Assembly (NCBI RefSeq): GCF_006345805.1
Contig: NC_043009.1
Location: forward strand, 59,582,001-59,646,000
Length of the DNA: 64,000 nt
Direction of reading: 5' to 3'
From: Octopus sinensis
Lineage: Eukaryota
The translations under genes were made by a program, and so were the position numbers. The notes under the pieces were generated by a model that was not told the DNA's origin, searched no databases, and saw only the letters and a program-made list of their open reading frames with translations. This document shows positions 12,946-25,979 of this stretch, piece by piece. Within the stretch, counting starts at the first letter, position 1. Each line of letters begins with the position of its first letter.

Positions 12946-13470
12946 CCCGCCTTCATTCGTTATCACCATCATTCTTCTTCCTTTTTCTCCAACCTGATTC
13001 GTTCATTTTTCTCTCTTTTTTTTTTGGCTTTTTTTTTCTCTCTCCTTTTTTCTTTTTCACCCCCCCACCTTTTTTTCTTTTCTTCTTACCTATTGCTGTT
13101 TCTCTAATGTTTCCAAGAATTTGTAAGTATAAGAATACTGTAAGTGATTGAATCAGTCGGAAGGATATCTGTGAGGATTATTCGGAGAAGAAGAAGAAAC
13201 GGTGTGGAATGGCAGGGGGGTTCGGAGAGTTTGGTGAAGAAGAAGTTGGGTCTGTGGGCAAAAGGTAGATGAAGAGAGAGAGAGAGAGAGAGAAATAGAG
13301 AGAGATGGAGACAGACAGATAAAGAGAGAGAGAGAGAGAGAGACACGTAAGTTGGAGAGACCATTAATTCTGAATTGCTACTTTTGGTGCTAATGTCAAG
13401 TAGTACTTTAGCAGAGTGCTCTATAGGGCAAATGGCATTATGAGTCTACTTAAATGTCTTTCCTTTCTCC

Positions 13471-13516
<46 letters not shown>

Positions 13517-13880
13517 TCTCTCTCTCTTTCTTTTTTTCTTTCTTCCTCTCTCTTTCTCTCATTTGGCTAGCTTTCTAGCTATATATCTGTGTAGGTATGT
13601 GTGTGTGTGTGTATGATATATATATAATGCTCTATATACATATATATATATATACATAAAATGCTATATACATATATATATATGTGTGTGTGTGTGGTGT
13701 GGTGTGTGTGTGTGTTATATATAGCATTATGACTCTTCCTCCTCAGTCCCTTTCTCTTTCTCTCCTTCTGTTGGCTATCTAGTTATATATCTATTTATAT
13801 GTCAGTGTTGTTGTTTGTGTGTGTATGTATATATATATATATATTCACACTCACAAACACACACACATATATATATATAT

Positions 13881-14205
13881 GTGAGGGCGCGTGGCTAAGT
13901 GGTTAGGGCATTCGGCTCATGATCGTAAGGTTGTGAGTTCGATTCCCGGCGACGCGTTGTATCCTTGAGCAAGACACTTTATTTCACGTTGCTCCAGTCC
14001 ACTCAGCTGGCAAAAATGAGTTGTACTTGTATTTCAAAGGGTCAGCCTTGTCACTCTCTGTGTCACGCTGATTATCCCCGAGAACTACGTTAAGGGTACA
14101 CGTGTCTGTGGAATGCTCAGCCATTTGCACGTTAATTTCACGAGCAAGTTGTTCCGTTGATCGTATCAGCTGGGACCCTCGTCGTCGTAACCGGCGGAGT
14201 CTTTT
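13881..14205 (+). mobile_element. tRNA-derived SINE, head D + tail T2
   Basis: Same head as 5537-5782 up to ggcaaaaatgagt, then tgtacttgtatttcaaagggtcagccttg... Confidence 0.85.
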
Positions 14206-14496
14206 ATATATATATATATTAATACTTGAGTGATAATCTATGTAAAAACATATATGCATACTTACACGCACATGTGTGTGTGTGTTTCTGTACGTATGTG
14301 ATAGTGTATATTACTACATTCCTGCAGAAAGATATTACCATTCTCTACAAACTCTCTTCCACTCTATATTCTCTTGCTGGTAATTCTTCTTTTCCATTTT
14401 TGCTCTTTGAATTCAGAAACCAGCGTGTGTTTATCATAAGAACAGCAACACCAACAACAACAACAACAACAACAACAATGATAATAATAATAATAA

Positions 14497-14715
14497 TAAT
14501 AATCCTTTCTACTATAGGCACAAGGCCTGAAATTTTTCCAGAAAGTGGGATAGTCGATTATATCAACCCCAGTACGTAACTGGTGCTTAATTTATCGACC
14601 CTGCATTACTTAACAGGTTCTTCTTTCATCCTTGTAAGAATGAAAGGAAAAGTCACTCCCAGTGGGATTTGAACACAATATTAATCGACATGGCTAAATA
14701 CCACAAGGCATTTTT
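14497..14715 (-). mobile_element. SINE family B, interrupted
   Basis: (aat)n tail, then cctttctactataggcacaaggc...; head remnant at 14640-14715. Confidence 0.7.
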
Positions 14716-14992
14716 ATCTTGACACTTTCAAGTTAAGTTGGATGTGCTGATTTAGTGCCATTAACTGCAGCATATCATCTTGCGAAATTATCTTGTATAG
14801 ACAAAAAAATGCTTAAATGTTCAGATTATATTGGTTGACAAATTTTGCCAGCATCGATGAGAAGACTACTGTATCAGGTGGTTTCAGTATAGTTTTACCT
14901 CTTCAGTTGTCGATACCTACACTCCAAATGCTCAACCAAAATTGTGCCAAACCTTTATCGTTTAGCACTATCTAAACAGTCTGTGATTTCCC

Positions 14993-15025
<33 letters not shown>

Positions 15026-15708
15026 TGTGTGTGTGGTGTGTGAGTACATGTGTTTGTGTTTGTATGTGTCTATGTTTGTGTCTTTTATTATCATTATGCT
15101 CTGTAAACCAGTGTACTTTATGCTTGCATCTCTTTATGCCCTCAACTTTAGCGTTTTGACAAATAGATTAGCAAAACAAATAAACACCAAACTGAAATAA
15201 GTACCAGGGTCGATATGGAAGTTTCTGTGTGTGTGTATGTGTGTCTCTGCGTCTGTGTCTGTGTCTAAATATATAAATACAAGTGAGTCTGTGTGTATAC
15301 ATACATACACACACACACCACACACACACACGTGTTGTTGTTTTTATGCATACATGCTTAAATATATGCATGTACATGAGTGTTTCACACACATCATACA
15401 TTTGTGTGTGTTTGTGTGTGTGCATATATATGTATGTATATATATATATGTAAGTATGTATATGTATGCATATATATGTGTGTGTATATATACATATGTA
15501 TGTATTTATATGTATATATATGTATGTGTATGTATATATATATATATATATATGCATGTGTATGTACATATATATATATGCATGTGTATATATATATATA
15601 TATATGCATGTGTGTGTATGTATATATATATATATGTATTATGTAGCCAGGCTTAGATGGGGAGAGACGTAATAAACATACATATACACTGTTTATATAT
15701 ATATGTGC

Positions 15709-15743
<35 letters not shown>

Positions 15744-16509
15744 TATGCATACATGCATACACAGATGCAGACACACACGCATGCATACACGCTTGGATAG
15801 ATAAACAGGCAGTCAAAAATGATATACATAGACATATTTACATAGGATCCATTGCCTGCCCAAACATAACATCTTACACTTCAAGACATCTGTTTGTCTG
15901 TCCTGTTTGTATGTCTGTCAGAATTTTTTTCTTCTTCCGTGGAACCAAAACATTATCTTAAGCCTAATTCTAGCAGCTTCTATGCTATCCCCATGCCTGC
16001 CTCTCATAACATTCCCAGAGCCCCCCTATTTTTCCAAACAAACCCTTATTTTCGCTAGGTTTGTATATCGTTCCTGTTACTATATTTATAGAAAGAGGTG
16101 GTGGAGGTGGGGGGGAGCACTAAGGTAAAAAAAGTCTTGATTTCACATTTCATTATTAAGGGTTAAGGGTCTCCCTAAAGGGGAGAGGTTTAGGTTGAAG
16201 TTTTTAGTATGTCTGATCCCTTAACATACATACACATATATGCACACACATATTTACATACATATATATATACATATATATACATACATGCACATGCATA
16301 TATATATACATATATAGATATATATATATACATATATATACATATATAGTCATATATACATATATATATGTATATATATTCAAAATAAGCAACAAGAATC
16401 TGGATATACTTGTTGCTTATTTTGATTATAAGCACCTTATTTTAAATTATAATGGATAATACATACCAAATTCTGGTGCCTTCAACTAAGTACCATATTC
16501 ATCTGAATA

Positions 16510-16593
16510 TATTATATATATATATATATAATATTATATATAATATATATATATATATATATGAGAGAGAGGAGAGAGAGAGAGAGAGCTAGA

Positions 16594-16624
<31 letters not shown>

Positions 16625-17693
16625 AGATACACACACACAACACACACATAATATATATATACATATATGTATATATTATTTGACTGTGGCCATGCTGGAG
16701 CACCACCTTAAAGGGATTTCAGTCAAAGAAAACAATAACATCACAACTTATTCTTTGTAATCCTAGTAACTATTCTATTGGTCTCTTTGAACTGAACCAC
16801 TAAGTTACAGGAACATAAGGAGGAACAGGGACTTATATATCCACTTTTATTCTGCAGTTAGTGACTTATTCATGAATATACCAACACCTAGCCCACTGAG
16901 GGTAATATTCTAGGGAATGCTCAAAAGCCTTTTTCAATCTGATTAGACTGTTATTACATAACATGCTCACAACTTTAGTATACATAACTTATTAGTATTC
17001 CTCCTCAGTTCTATATATCTGGGGACGACGTAAGTAAAGCCCTTTTTGGGCTACTTTATTTGAATTCTTACACTCGGGTAATTCATTTCATGTTATTAAT
17101 AAATAACTTCACAATTTGGGTATTCGTAACTTATTGGGAATTGCTAAAAACAGGATCCTGTGTAAGACAGTTCGTATTTTATGTAAATGCACAAAAACCG
17201 TTTTAAGGGCTACATACTTTGTATTGTTGTTTTTGGATTAGCGAAACAATTATGAGAACGGAACCAAGGGAATTACTGTGTACGTCAGCTGGTATATATA
17301 TCATCATCATCATCATCATCATCATCACATCGTTTAACGTCTGCTTTCCATGCTAGCATGAGTTGGACGATTCTGACTGAGGGCTGGTGAACCAATGGTT
17401 GTACCAGGCTCCAATCTTGATTTGACAGAGTTTTCTAAAGCTGGATGCCCTTCCTAACGCAACCACTCCGAGAATATATATATATATAATATATATATCT
17501 GTATATATATATGTATACATATATACAAACACACTCACACATGTATATATATATATATATATATATACACACAAACAAACACATGCACACACACTCACAC
17601 ATGTGTTATATATATATATATATTATATATATATATATATATATACTATATATATATATATAATATTGAGAGAGAGAGAGAGGAGAGAAGAGC

Positions 17694-17729
<36 letters not shown>

Positions 17730-17730
17730 T

Positions 17731-17761
<31 letters not shown>

Positions 17762-18403
17762 CATATATGTATATATATTTGACTGTGGCCATGCTGGAGC
17801 ACCACCTTAAAGGGATTTCAGTCAAAGAAAACAATAACATCACAACTTATTCTTTGTAATCCTAGTACTTATTCTATTGGTCTCTTTTGACTGAACCACT
17901 AAGTTACAGGAACATAAGGAGGACAGGGACTTATATATCCACTTTTATTCTGCAGTTAGTGACTTATTCATGAATATACCAACACTAGCCCCACTGAGGG
18001 TAATATTCTCTGGGAATGCTCAAAAGCCTTTTTCAATCTGATTAGACTGTTATTACATAACATGCTTCACAACTTTAGTATACATACCTTATTAGTATTT
18101 CCTCCTCAGTTCTATATACTCTGGGGACGCAGTAAAGCCCTTTTTGGGGCTACCTTATTTGAATTCTTACACTCGGGTAATTAATTTCATGTTATTAAAT
18201 AAATAACTTCACAATTTGGGTATTCGTAACTTATTGGGAATTGCTAAAAACAGGATCCTGTGTAAGACAGTTCGGTATTTTCTGTAAATGCACAAAAACC
18301 GTTTTAAGGGCTACATACTTTGTATTGTTGTTTTTGGATTAGCGAAACAATTATGAGAACGGAACCAAGGGAATTACTGTGTACGTCAGCTGGTATATAT
18401 ATC

Positions 18404-18435
<32 letters not shown>

Positions 18436-18725
18436 GTTTAACGTCTGCTTTCCATGCTAGCATGAGTGGACGATTCTGACTGAGGGCTGGTGAACCAGAT
18501 GTTGTACCAGGCTCCATCTTGATTTGACAGAGTTTCTACAGCTGGATGCCCTTCCTAACGCCACCACTCCGAGAATATATAACTATATAATATATATATA
18601 TATGTATATATATATGTATACATATATACAAACACACTCACACATGTATATATATATATATATATACATACACACAAACAAACACATGCACACACACTCA
18701 CACATGTGTATATATATATATATAT
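16510..18725. repeat. Tandem duplication of about 1.1 kb (period ~1099), possibly an assembly artefact
   Basis: tgactgtggccatgctggag occurs at 16681 and 17780. The copies differ mostly by 1-bp indels. Confidence 0.9.
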
Positions 18726-18839
18726 ATACAATTTATATACACAAAAACACATGCATGCCAGAATGCATACATATACATACACATTTATTTGTTTTGTTAT
18801 CAAGGGCAAGAAAACCTGTCTGAAGATGTAAAAGTGATT

Positions 18840-18882
18840 TATCATCTGCATCACCATTATCATAATTTCTCATCTTCATCAC

Positions 18883-18939
<57 letters not shown>

Positions 18940-18952
18940 CATCATCATCACC

Positions 18953-19031
<79 letters not shown>

Positions 19032-19076
19032 GCATCACCATTATCATAATTTCTCATCTTCATCACCATCATCATC

Positions 19077-19108
<32 letters not shown>

Positions 19109-19136
19109 CATCATCATCACCATCATCATCATCACC

Positions 19137-19192
<56 letters not shown>

Positions 19193-19219
19193 CATCATCA
19201 TCACATCATCATCATCATC

Positions 19220-19267
<48 letters not shown>

Positions 19268-19314
19268 TTCATCACCATCATCACCATCATCATCACCATC
19301 ATCACCATCATCAC

Positions 19315-19365
<51 letters not shown>
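18840..19365. repeat. (CAT)n/(CAC) tract of about 500 bp with a 184-bp internal duplication
   Basis: gcatcaccattatcataatttctcatcttcatcacc occurs at 18848 and 19032. Confidence 0.95.
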
Positions 19366-19768
19366 TGTTGTTGTTATCATTATTGCTGTTGTGGGCGTTA
19401 TTGTTTCAGAGAGGTGGGTCAGTGGAAGGAGAGTATCTTTTATACCTTCAGACAGTTCTTCTCTGTATCTGTAAACTAGTTTTTTTTTTTTTTGCCTAAA
19501 TGGTTCCTGGTAACATCTGGCACCATTAGCAGAATCTTACAGACTTCAGCTAAGATTCTGGATACCAAAACATTTGGAATTTAGGGCGATAAAAACCCCC
19601 CTTTTTTTTTTTTTTGGATTTTGTTCTTGTTTTCTTATCTATTTCTTTAGCTGCCCCCCCCCTCCCCGTCCCCTCACCGTTTTGCATGGTTTGGGCATTG
19701 CCAAGTTTATAGGAGTGTGAAGGAGGTGGGGGTTGAATGCGTGGATGTACTCGCATGCATGCATGCTG

Positions 19769-19809
<41 letters not shown>

Positions 19810-19904
19810 TTGTGTGTGTGTGTATATTTTTGGGAGTGAGCAGATGTATTCATATACATATGCCTTGGTATTCATGCATGTGTACGTATGTATGTCTGTA
19901 TGTG

Positions 19905-19945
<41 letters not shown>

Positions 19946-20042
19946 GCACACATGCACACACATACATATATATATATACACACTCACACAGATGCATGTA
20001 TGTATATATATAAACATATATATATATATTCACACTCACACA

Positions 20043-20092
<50 letters not shown>

Positions 20093-20635
20093 TGCTGTTT
20101 ACCATGTATGTGATATATGTGTATTTGTGTATGTATACATGCTTATAAGTATTTTTGAGTGTATAAGCATTGGTTTGTTAGATACTGTGTGTCAGTATAA
20201 ATTATAAAGCACACACATACACACACACATACAAACACACACACATAAATATATGTGATTAATTTGGGTTACCAAAAAATCTACTTCACACATCTCTTTA
20301 CTGTTCCATTTACTGTCTTTACCATTCTCACCATCCTACCATTCCTGAGAATAATTTTTAACCAATCTGGCTGATCGTACAGAAACAAGCTTTAAGAAGC
20401 AGTTTCTTAAATATGACACAGAAACAAGGAATATTTTTGGTTAGATTACATTAGAACATACAAATCGTATCAACAACAATTCCACAACAGAATAGAGGTG
20501 ATTGGATCAGTTCTGATTTTACTGAAGAGATAGATGCTAATTAGAGTCTCTGGAATCCAAGGAATTTGGAAATGGTTTGTGTCAGCAACGATTAGTCTCT
20601 AGAAAAACTTATAGGAGAATTTGTTAAGATAGGTT

Positions 20636-20668
20636 ACTGTGACGTTTCCGACATTGGTCCTTCATCAT
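20636..20668 (-). ncRNA. Degenerate hammerhead ribozyme motif
   Basis: Minus strand ATGATGA-A-GGAC(CAAT)GTCG-GAA-ACGT-C^ACAGT. The C3 position is mutated and stem I is not intact. Confidence 0.45.
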
Positions 20669-20919
20669 AAAATGATGACAAGAGAATTTAGAGTATTTAG
20701 AGAATAAAATATTGTTACTTAGGTTGTGGACAAGTGAATCATCTTATGAACTTATAGGTTGTGAGTTCTTATCCACTACACGTATTCTGTTGTGTTTTGG
20801 GTCCATCTTTGTCTTTATTTTTTATTTTTTTATTTTACTTCTTTTACTTGAAGAATTTTTGGTCAAATGATTTGACCCTAGTTCTTGTTTACTTTTTTTC
20901 ATGCCTGGCACTTAATTTG

Positions 20920-21135
20920 TCGATCTGTTTTGCTGAACTGCTAAGTTGCGGGGATGTAAACACACCAATACCACTTGTTAAGCAGTGGTGGAGGACAAAC
21001 ACAGACACAAAAACACATACAACAGACACACATGTGACAGGCTTCTTTCAGTTTCCATCTACCAATTCCACTGGCAAGGCTTTGGCTGGTTTGAAGGCTG
21101 TAGTAGAAGACATTTACCTAAGGTGTCACACTTCG
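20920..21135 (-). mobile_element. SINE family A, degenerate
   Basis: Diverged reverse-complement match to the family A body. Confidence 0.65.
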
Positions 21136-21160
21136 GTAATTACCTAAGGTGGCAGCGGTA

Positions 21161-21193
<33 letters not shown>

Positions 21194-21904
21194 GTGGTGC
21201 TGCTGATGGTGATGATGATTAGTTATTTTGCATAACTTAAGACTGTGCGCCTTTCTCTGTGCACATGCATTTCTTTATAGTGTGCTGGTTGCAAAAGCGT
21301 GCAGCTGCACATGTAGCGGCTTAAAGAGAACAGTGCTTGGGTACCATAGAACTTACTCAGTCAGAGTTGTGCAGACTATTGTTGCTGTTGTTGTTGTTGT
21401 TGTGTAGACTGGGGTCAATCAAAGTTGGCCTTGGTCTACAGGACAATATCACAACCACCACCACCACCTCCACCACCAACATCACTATTACCACCATCAT
21501 CAATCTCAATCACTTCAATTATCGCTACTGCTACAAACAACGCCGCCCCCAACATCAACGCTACAATCACTACATCAATCACCATCACCATTACCTCCAC
21601 CTCCACCAACACCACTACATCAAAACCACGACCACCACCACTGTCAACATAACTACACTTGCTACCAGCAGGACCTTCGACATCAACAACAACCCTTCCA
21701 TATAGTTGACATTTAAAGTGTTTAGATAGCTATTTAATGTGTAAGGGTGTGACCCACCCCTGCTGATTACGTTGCCGGTGGTTGCCACCGCTAATTAGGT
21801 ACTTCTACCCCAGGGGTAACGATGATATGTCACTTTGAAATCTGCCGCAGACTCCTAAGTGATTCTTTATACTGTTGTTGGGAAATTGACTGTCGCTGCC
21901 ATAA

Positions 21905-22063
21905 ACGTGTAGTTGTGTGGTAAGATGCTTGCTTCCTAACCACATGTTTCCAAGGTTCAGTTCCACTGTGTGGCACCTTAGCCAAGTGTCTTCTACTAAA
22001 GTCTAGGGCTGACCAAAGCCTGGTGAGTGGATTTGGTAGACAGAAACTGAAAGAAGCCCATCA
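21905..22063 (+). mobile_element. SINE family A, 5' half
   Basis: gtgtggtaagatgcttgcttcctaaccacatg...gaaactgaaagaagccc. Confidence 0.8.
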
Positions 22064-22314
22064 CATGAGTGTGCATGTGTGTATGTATATATATAAAAGT
22101 TATCAACCGAATGGTAAGATTCAGTTTCATGCCTTTAATGATGGCACCCACAAAATCTGGAAGAATTAGGGCTTCAAGCAAACAAAATGATACAAAGTGA
22201 ACAAAATATGATTAATAAAGATGGAATAAATACAGCCTTTTGGCCAAAAAGATTAGAATGATGGGTAATGTTTGGAAGAAATCCTGAAATAGCAAGAGAG
22301 CTATATATATATAT

Positions 22315-22346
<32 letters not shown>

Positions 22347-22394
22347 AGACCAGCTTATATATGTACTTACACCACACACACATATACATGTCTG

Positions 22395-22585
22395 TACCAC
22401 TGGCGATTTTTTTCCTCTGTCTTCCCTTCTCGGATCTTTCCTTCTCCTATGTTTCCGACGAAGAGCTCCGCTCGAAACGTCAAACCCTCCTTCTTCCCTT
22501 CTTTCCTGAGCGTCCAATAATACTATATTAGTTCCCCGTCCTTGCGTTGTTGTGTTTTTTGTTTTGTTTTCTTGTTTGGATTAAC

Positions 22586-22590
<5 letters not shown>
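22395..22590 (+). mobile_element. Penelope-like terminal repeat fragment
   Basis: Pyrimidine-rich sequence around a minimal hammerhead, followed by aataata and a GT-rich tract ending in (TA)n. Minimal hammerheads are a known hallmark of Penelope-like element termini. Confidence 0.55.
22451..22485 (+). ncRNA. Minimal type-I hammerhead ribozyme motif in a Penelope-type terminal repeat
   Basis: GTTT-CCGACGA-A-GAGC(TCC)GCTC-GAA-ACGT-C^AAAC. Stems I and II are perfect, stem III is the palindromic ACGT with no loop, and the cleavage site is GUC. The core has U4C. Confidence 0.75.
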
Positions 22591-22632
<42 letters not shown>

Positions 22633-22835
22633 ATATTACAACAACAGTTGTTCAGAAGTAAATATTTGACACTTCTCAGATTTTCATTTCGATTTGTAAG
22701 GCTGATGAGTAATGAGAAACTCATACAGCTTTGAATAAATATTATTCCACTCTACTTAACATTATTGAGTACCTTTTCTTTTCTTTTTTTTTTCACCACT
22801 TTATTGCAATTCACACCAGCCTGAACCAGTAATCA

Positions 22836-22881
<46 letters not shown>

Positions 22882-23091
22882 TCTCACTCTATCTCTCTTC
22901 CTCTCACTTTCTCTTTCTCTCTCTCTCTCTGTCTCTCTCTCTCTGTCTGTCCTCTCTCTCTCTCTCTCTCTCTATATCATCATCATCATTATCATTATTT
23001 AGCATATGCTTTCCATGCATAAGTATTTTTAATTAATCATCAGAAATTACAAAGTTGCTCTAGTCACTCTGTAACTTCAGCTAATAAATAA

Positions 23092-23156
<65 letters not shown>

Positions 23157-23214
23157 ATATATACATACACACACACACAACACACACACACACACACACC
23201 ACACATACACGATC

Positions 23215-23355
23215 ATGGTTGTCTGATAAATGGTAATGTGAAACTCTGAGTAACAGTTTGTGAAGACTTTTTTGGCTTTAAAAAAAAAGCATACTACTCT
23301 ATCTTTGGTAGTCGAGTACTATTTTTTCCACTTAGTTTTATATTTAGGTGCTTAC
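23215..23355 (+). mobile_element. Penelope-type fragment, same family as 31620-31750
   Basis: Shares gtgaaactc(a/t)gagtaacag...aaagcata(c/t)tactcta...gagtact(a/c)ttttttccac with 31620-31720 and contains the hammerhead at 23218. Confidence 0.5.
23218..23257 (+). ncRNA. Degenerate hammerhead ribozyme motif
   Basis: GTTGT-CTGATAA-ATG(GTAA)TGT-GAA-ACTCTGAGT-A^ACAGT. Stem III is the palindrome actc-t-gagt. Stem II is explained by CpG decay of acg/cgt. G8A breaks the C3-G8 pair. Confidence 0.55.
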
Positions 23356-23654
23356 TTTGTGTGTGTGTGTGTACATGTACACACCATCATCATTTTATGT
23401 GTGTACATATGATTATATCAATTTCATTGGCAATTTTAACGAACCCGTGCTTATGATAGAAAATACTTCCTCAAAGTGCTGTACAGCAAGATTGAACTTG
23501 TAACCATGCTATTATGAAATATCCTTCTTACCTACAGAAACAATGTGGTATGGCAGCATGGTCTTCTTTATTAATAAGAGGAGGACCAGGCATTTACTGT
23601 TTTTGGGTTTCTTTATTGTTAGTGCTTAGGGTCCACGCTGTATTACTTGTGTTT

Positions 23655-24047
23655 CATCATCATCATCATCATCATCATTTAACGTCCGCTTTCCATGCTA
23701 GCATGGGTTGGACGATTTGACTGAGGTCTGGCGAACCAGATGGCTGCACCAGACTCCAATCTAATCTGGCAGAGTTTCTACAGCTAGATGCCCTTCCTAA
23801 TGCCAACCACTCTGAGAGTGTAGTGGGTGCTTTTACGTGCCACCGGCACGAGGGCCAGTCAGGCAGTACTGGCAACAGCCATGCTCAAGTGGTGTTTTTT
23901 ACGTGCCACCTGCACAGGAGCCAGTCCAGCGGCACTGGCAATGACCTCGCTTGAATGTTTTTTCAAGTGCCACCAGCAAAAGTGCTAGTAAGGCGACGCA
24001 GCTAACGATCACACTCAAATGGTGTTTTTAACGTGCCATCGGCACGA
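23655..24047 (-). mobile_element. SINE family C (RTE-related/Ceph-like tail ...ggcgttaggaagggcatccagctgtag...catgctagcatggaaagcggacgttaaa(tga)n)
   Basis: Other copies at 17301-17473, 18404-18572, 34878-35215, 35410-35627, 60656-60803 and 63003-63325, all in the same orientation. Contains internal repeats of gtgctttttacgtgccacc. Confidence 0.8.
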
Positions 24048-24949
24048 TGTTTATCTAAATCAGTTGAGCATGATTTGGGTGAGATTTAGCTGCTATATCT
24101 AGTGATTGAATAACTGCATAAAGGCTTCATCATTTACTCAAGGGGCTCCCATGTGGCTGTCCTTATTGAAGATGAGGGATCAATAGTGTAGTGTAAGGCT
24201 GCCAGCACCTGGATGAAGGCAGTTATTGTACTCCCTAACCTGTAGTCTGTTAGCCCCTTTTTTTTGTTTTGTTTTGTTTTTGTTTTTGAAATTTTGCACC
24301 CATGACAACTACCCCCTTTTGGTGGCCTCACTCATGCTACATGAGTGTGATGTTAGGAAGAATTGGTAGCTCAAAAGAATTGGTAGCTTTATCAGTAGTG
24401 GCTGGTAGAATCAGGAAAGCAGAAGACAAAATGTCTTGAGGGTCATGGATGGGTGAATTGGTTGAACAGCTGACAAAACATCTTACAATAGTCATTTACA
24501 TCCCCTTACATCCTGATTTCAAATCCTGCCAAAATCAACTTCGCCTTTCAGGGGTTTTTGAAACAAAATACCCAATTAACTACTGGTATTGATGTAGCCA
24601 ACCGCTCCCCTTCCTATCAAATTCCTGGCCTTGTGCCTATGCAAGGAAAGACGTTGCTGTTGTTATTGTTATTATTATTATTATTATTACTATTATTATC
24701 GTGACATTTATCTTCTCACCAGCTTTTTCATAAACTTTTGAAGTCCCAACATTTGAAATAAGACTCCAGAGCATAGCGAAGAAACAAATTTATGGAATCC
24801 TGAATTAATTAGAGCATTGGACTAAATACCTCATCATATTATGTTTCATCCCTGAACATTCCACATTAGAAATTTCTCACGGGGTGCGGGTGGAATGGAG
24901 GTGATTTTCATGTATTTGGGGCTGATTCGATTAACTAGATTGCCCCCTT

Positions 24950-25815
24950 ATTTACAGGTTATATACCCTTGCATATCATATATATTCAGTCACATATTCT
25001 TACAAGCTGGATAGCTTTATGAGTTGTATATACTTTGACAGTTATTTACACTTACAGCCTATATACCCTTACATGTTATACACCCTTACAATAGAATATA
25101 TACCTTATCATATTGTAAAAATTTCGCCACTTATACATTCTTACAGCTTACGAATTACACGCAATTACAGCTTGTATACCATTACGGGTTGTACACCCTT
25201 ACAATAGTATATATACCCTAACAAATTGTTAAAATATAAGTTGACATATTATATGTCCTTTCAGTATACAAATGCTTAGCACACCCTTATAAGTTATTCA
25301 TGTTTAATCATACTTGCTTACAATCTATATACCCTTACAAATTATACATTCTTATAATTTGTATACACTTATGAGTATATAACATATGAATCCTTATAAA
25401 TTATATCTTATTAGTTATATGTGCTTGATTATACATGCTAACAATCTATATACCCTTACAAATTATACATCCTTATAATTTGTATACCCCTATGAGTATG
25501 TAACTCATAAATCTTTATGAATCATATTATACGAGTTATACATGCTAACAATCTATATACCCTTAAAAATTATACATCCTTATAATTTGTATACCTTTAC
25601 AAGTTATATACCCTTATGGGTTGTATATCCTTATGAATCATATCTTACAAGTTACACATGCTTAATTTTACATCTATATACTCTTACAAATCACATTGCC
25701 CTTACGCCTCGTTATATCCTTACAAGACATATTTTCTTACAAGTTGTGCAGTCTTCGTTGCATACCCTTACAAGTTGTAAACCTTTATAAATTGCTTATC
25801 CTTGTAAAAGTTGTG
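24950..25815. repeat. Degenerate satellite of ~13-15-bp tatacccttacaa-like monomers with 107-121-bp higher-order blocks
   Basis: caatctatataccctta(c/a)aaattatacat recurs at 25321, 25442 and 25549. Confidence 0.75.
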
Positions 25816-25979
25816 GCCTTGTGCCAATTTAATTAATCATTATTAACTTAGAATTAAATTGTTCTTACTGTTGTTGTTGTTGTTGTTGTTGTTTATTGGC
25901 AGCGTTTCACAATTTCTTTACTGATTTATTAATTAATTAATTATTGTTTCTTCTTCTACTTTCAGTTCAAGCCGATACA

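Noticed and set aside
14860-14912. Further hammerhead-like strings (14860-14912 minus, 22702-22730, 367-410, 62690-62740 minus, 16960-17010 minus)
   Set aside because: Each lacks at least one essential part (core, GAAA, or pairing of stem I or III); they may be relics but are not supportable.
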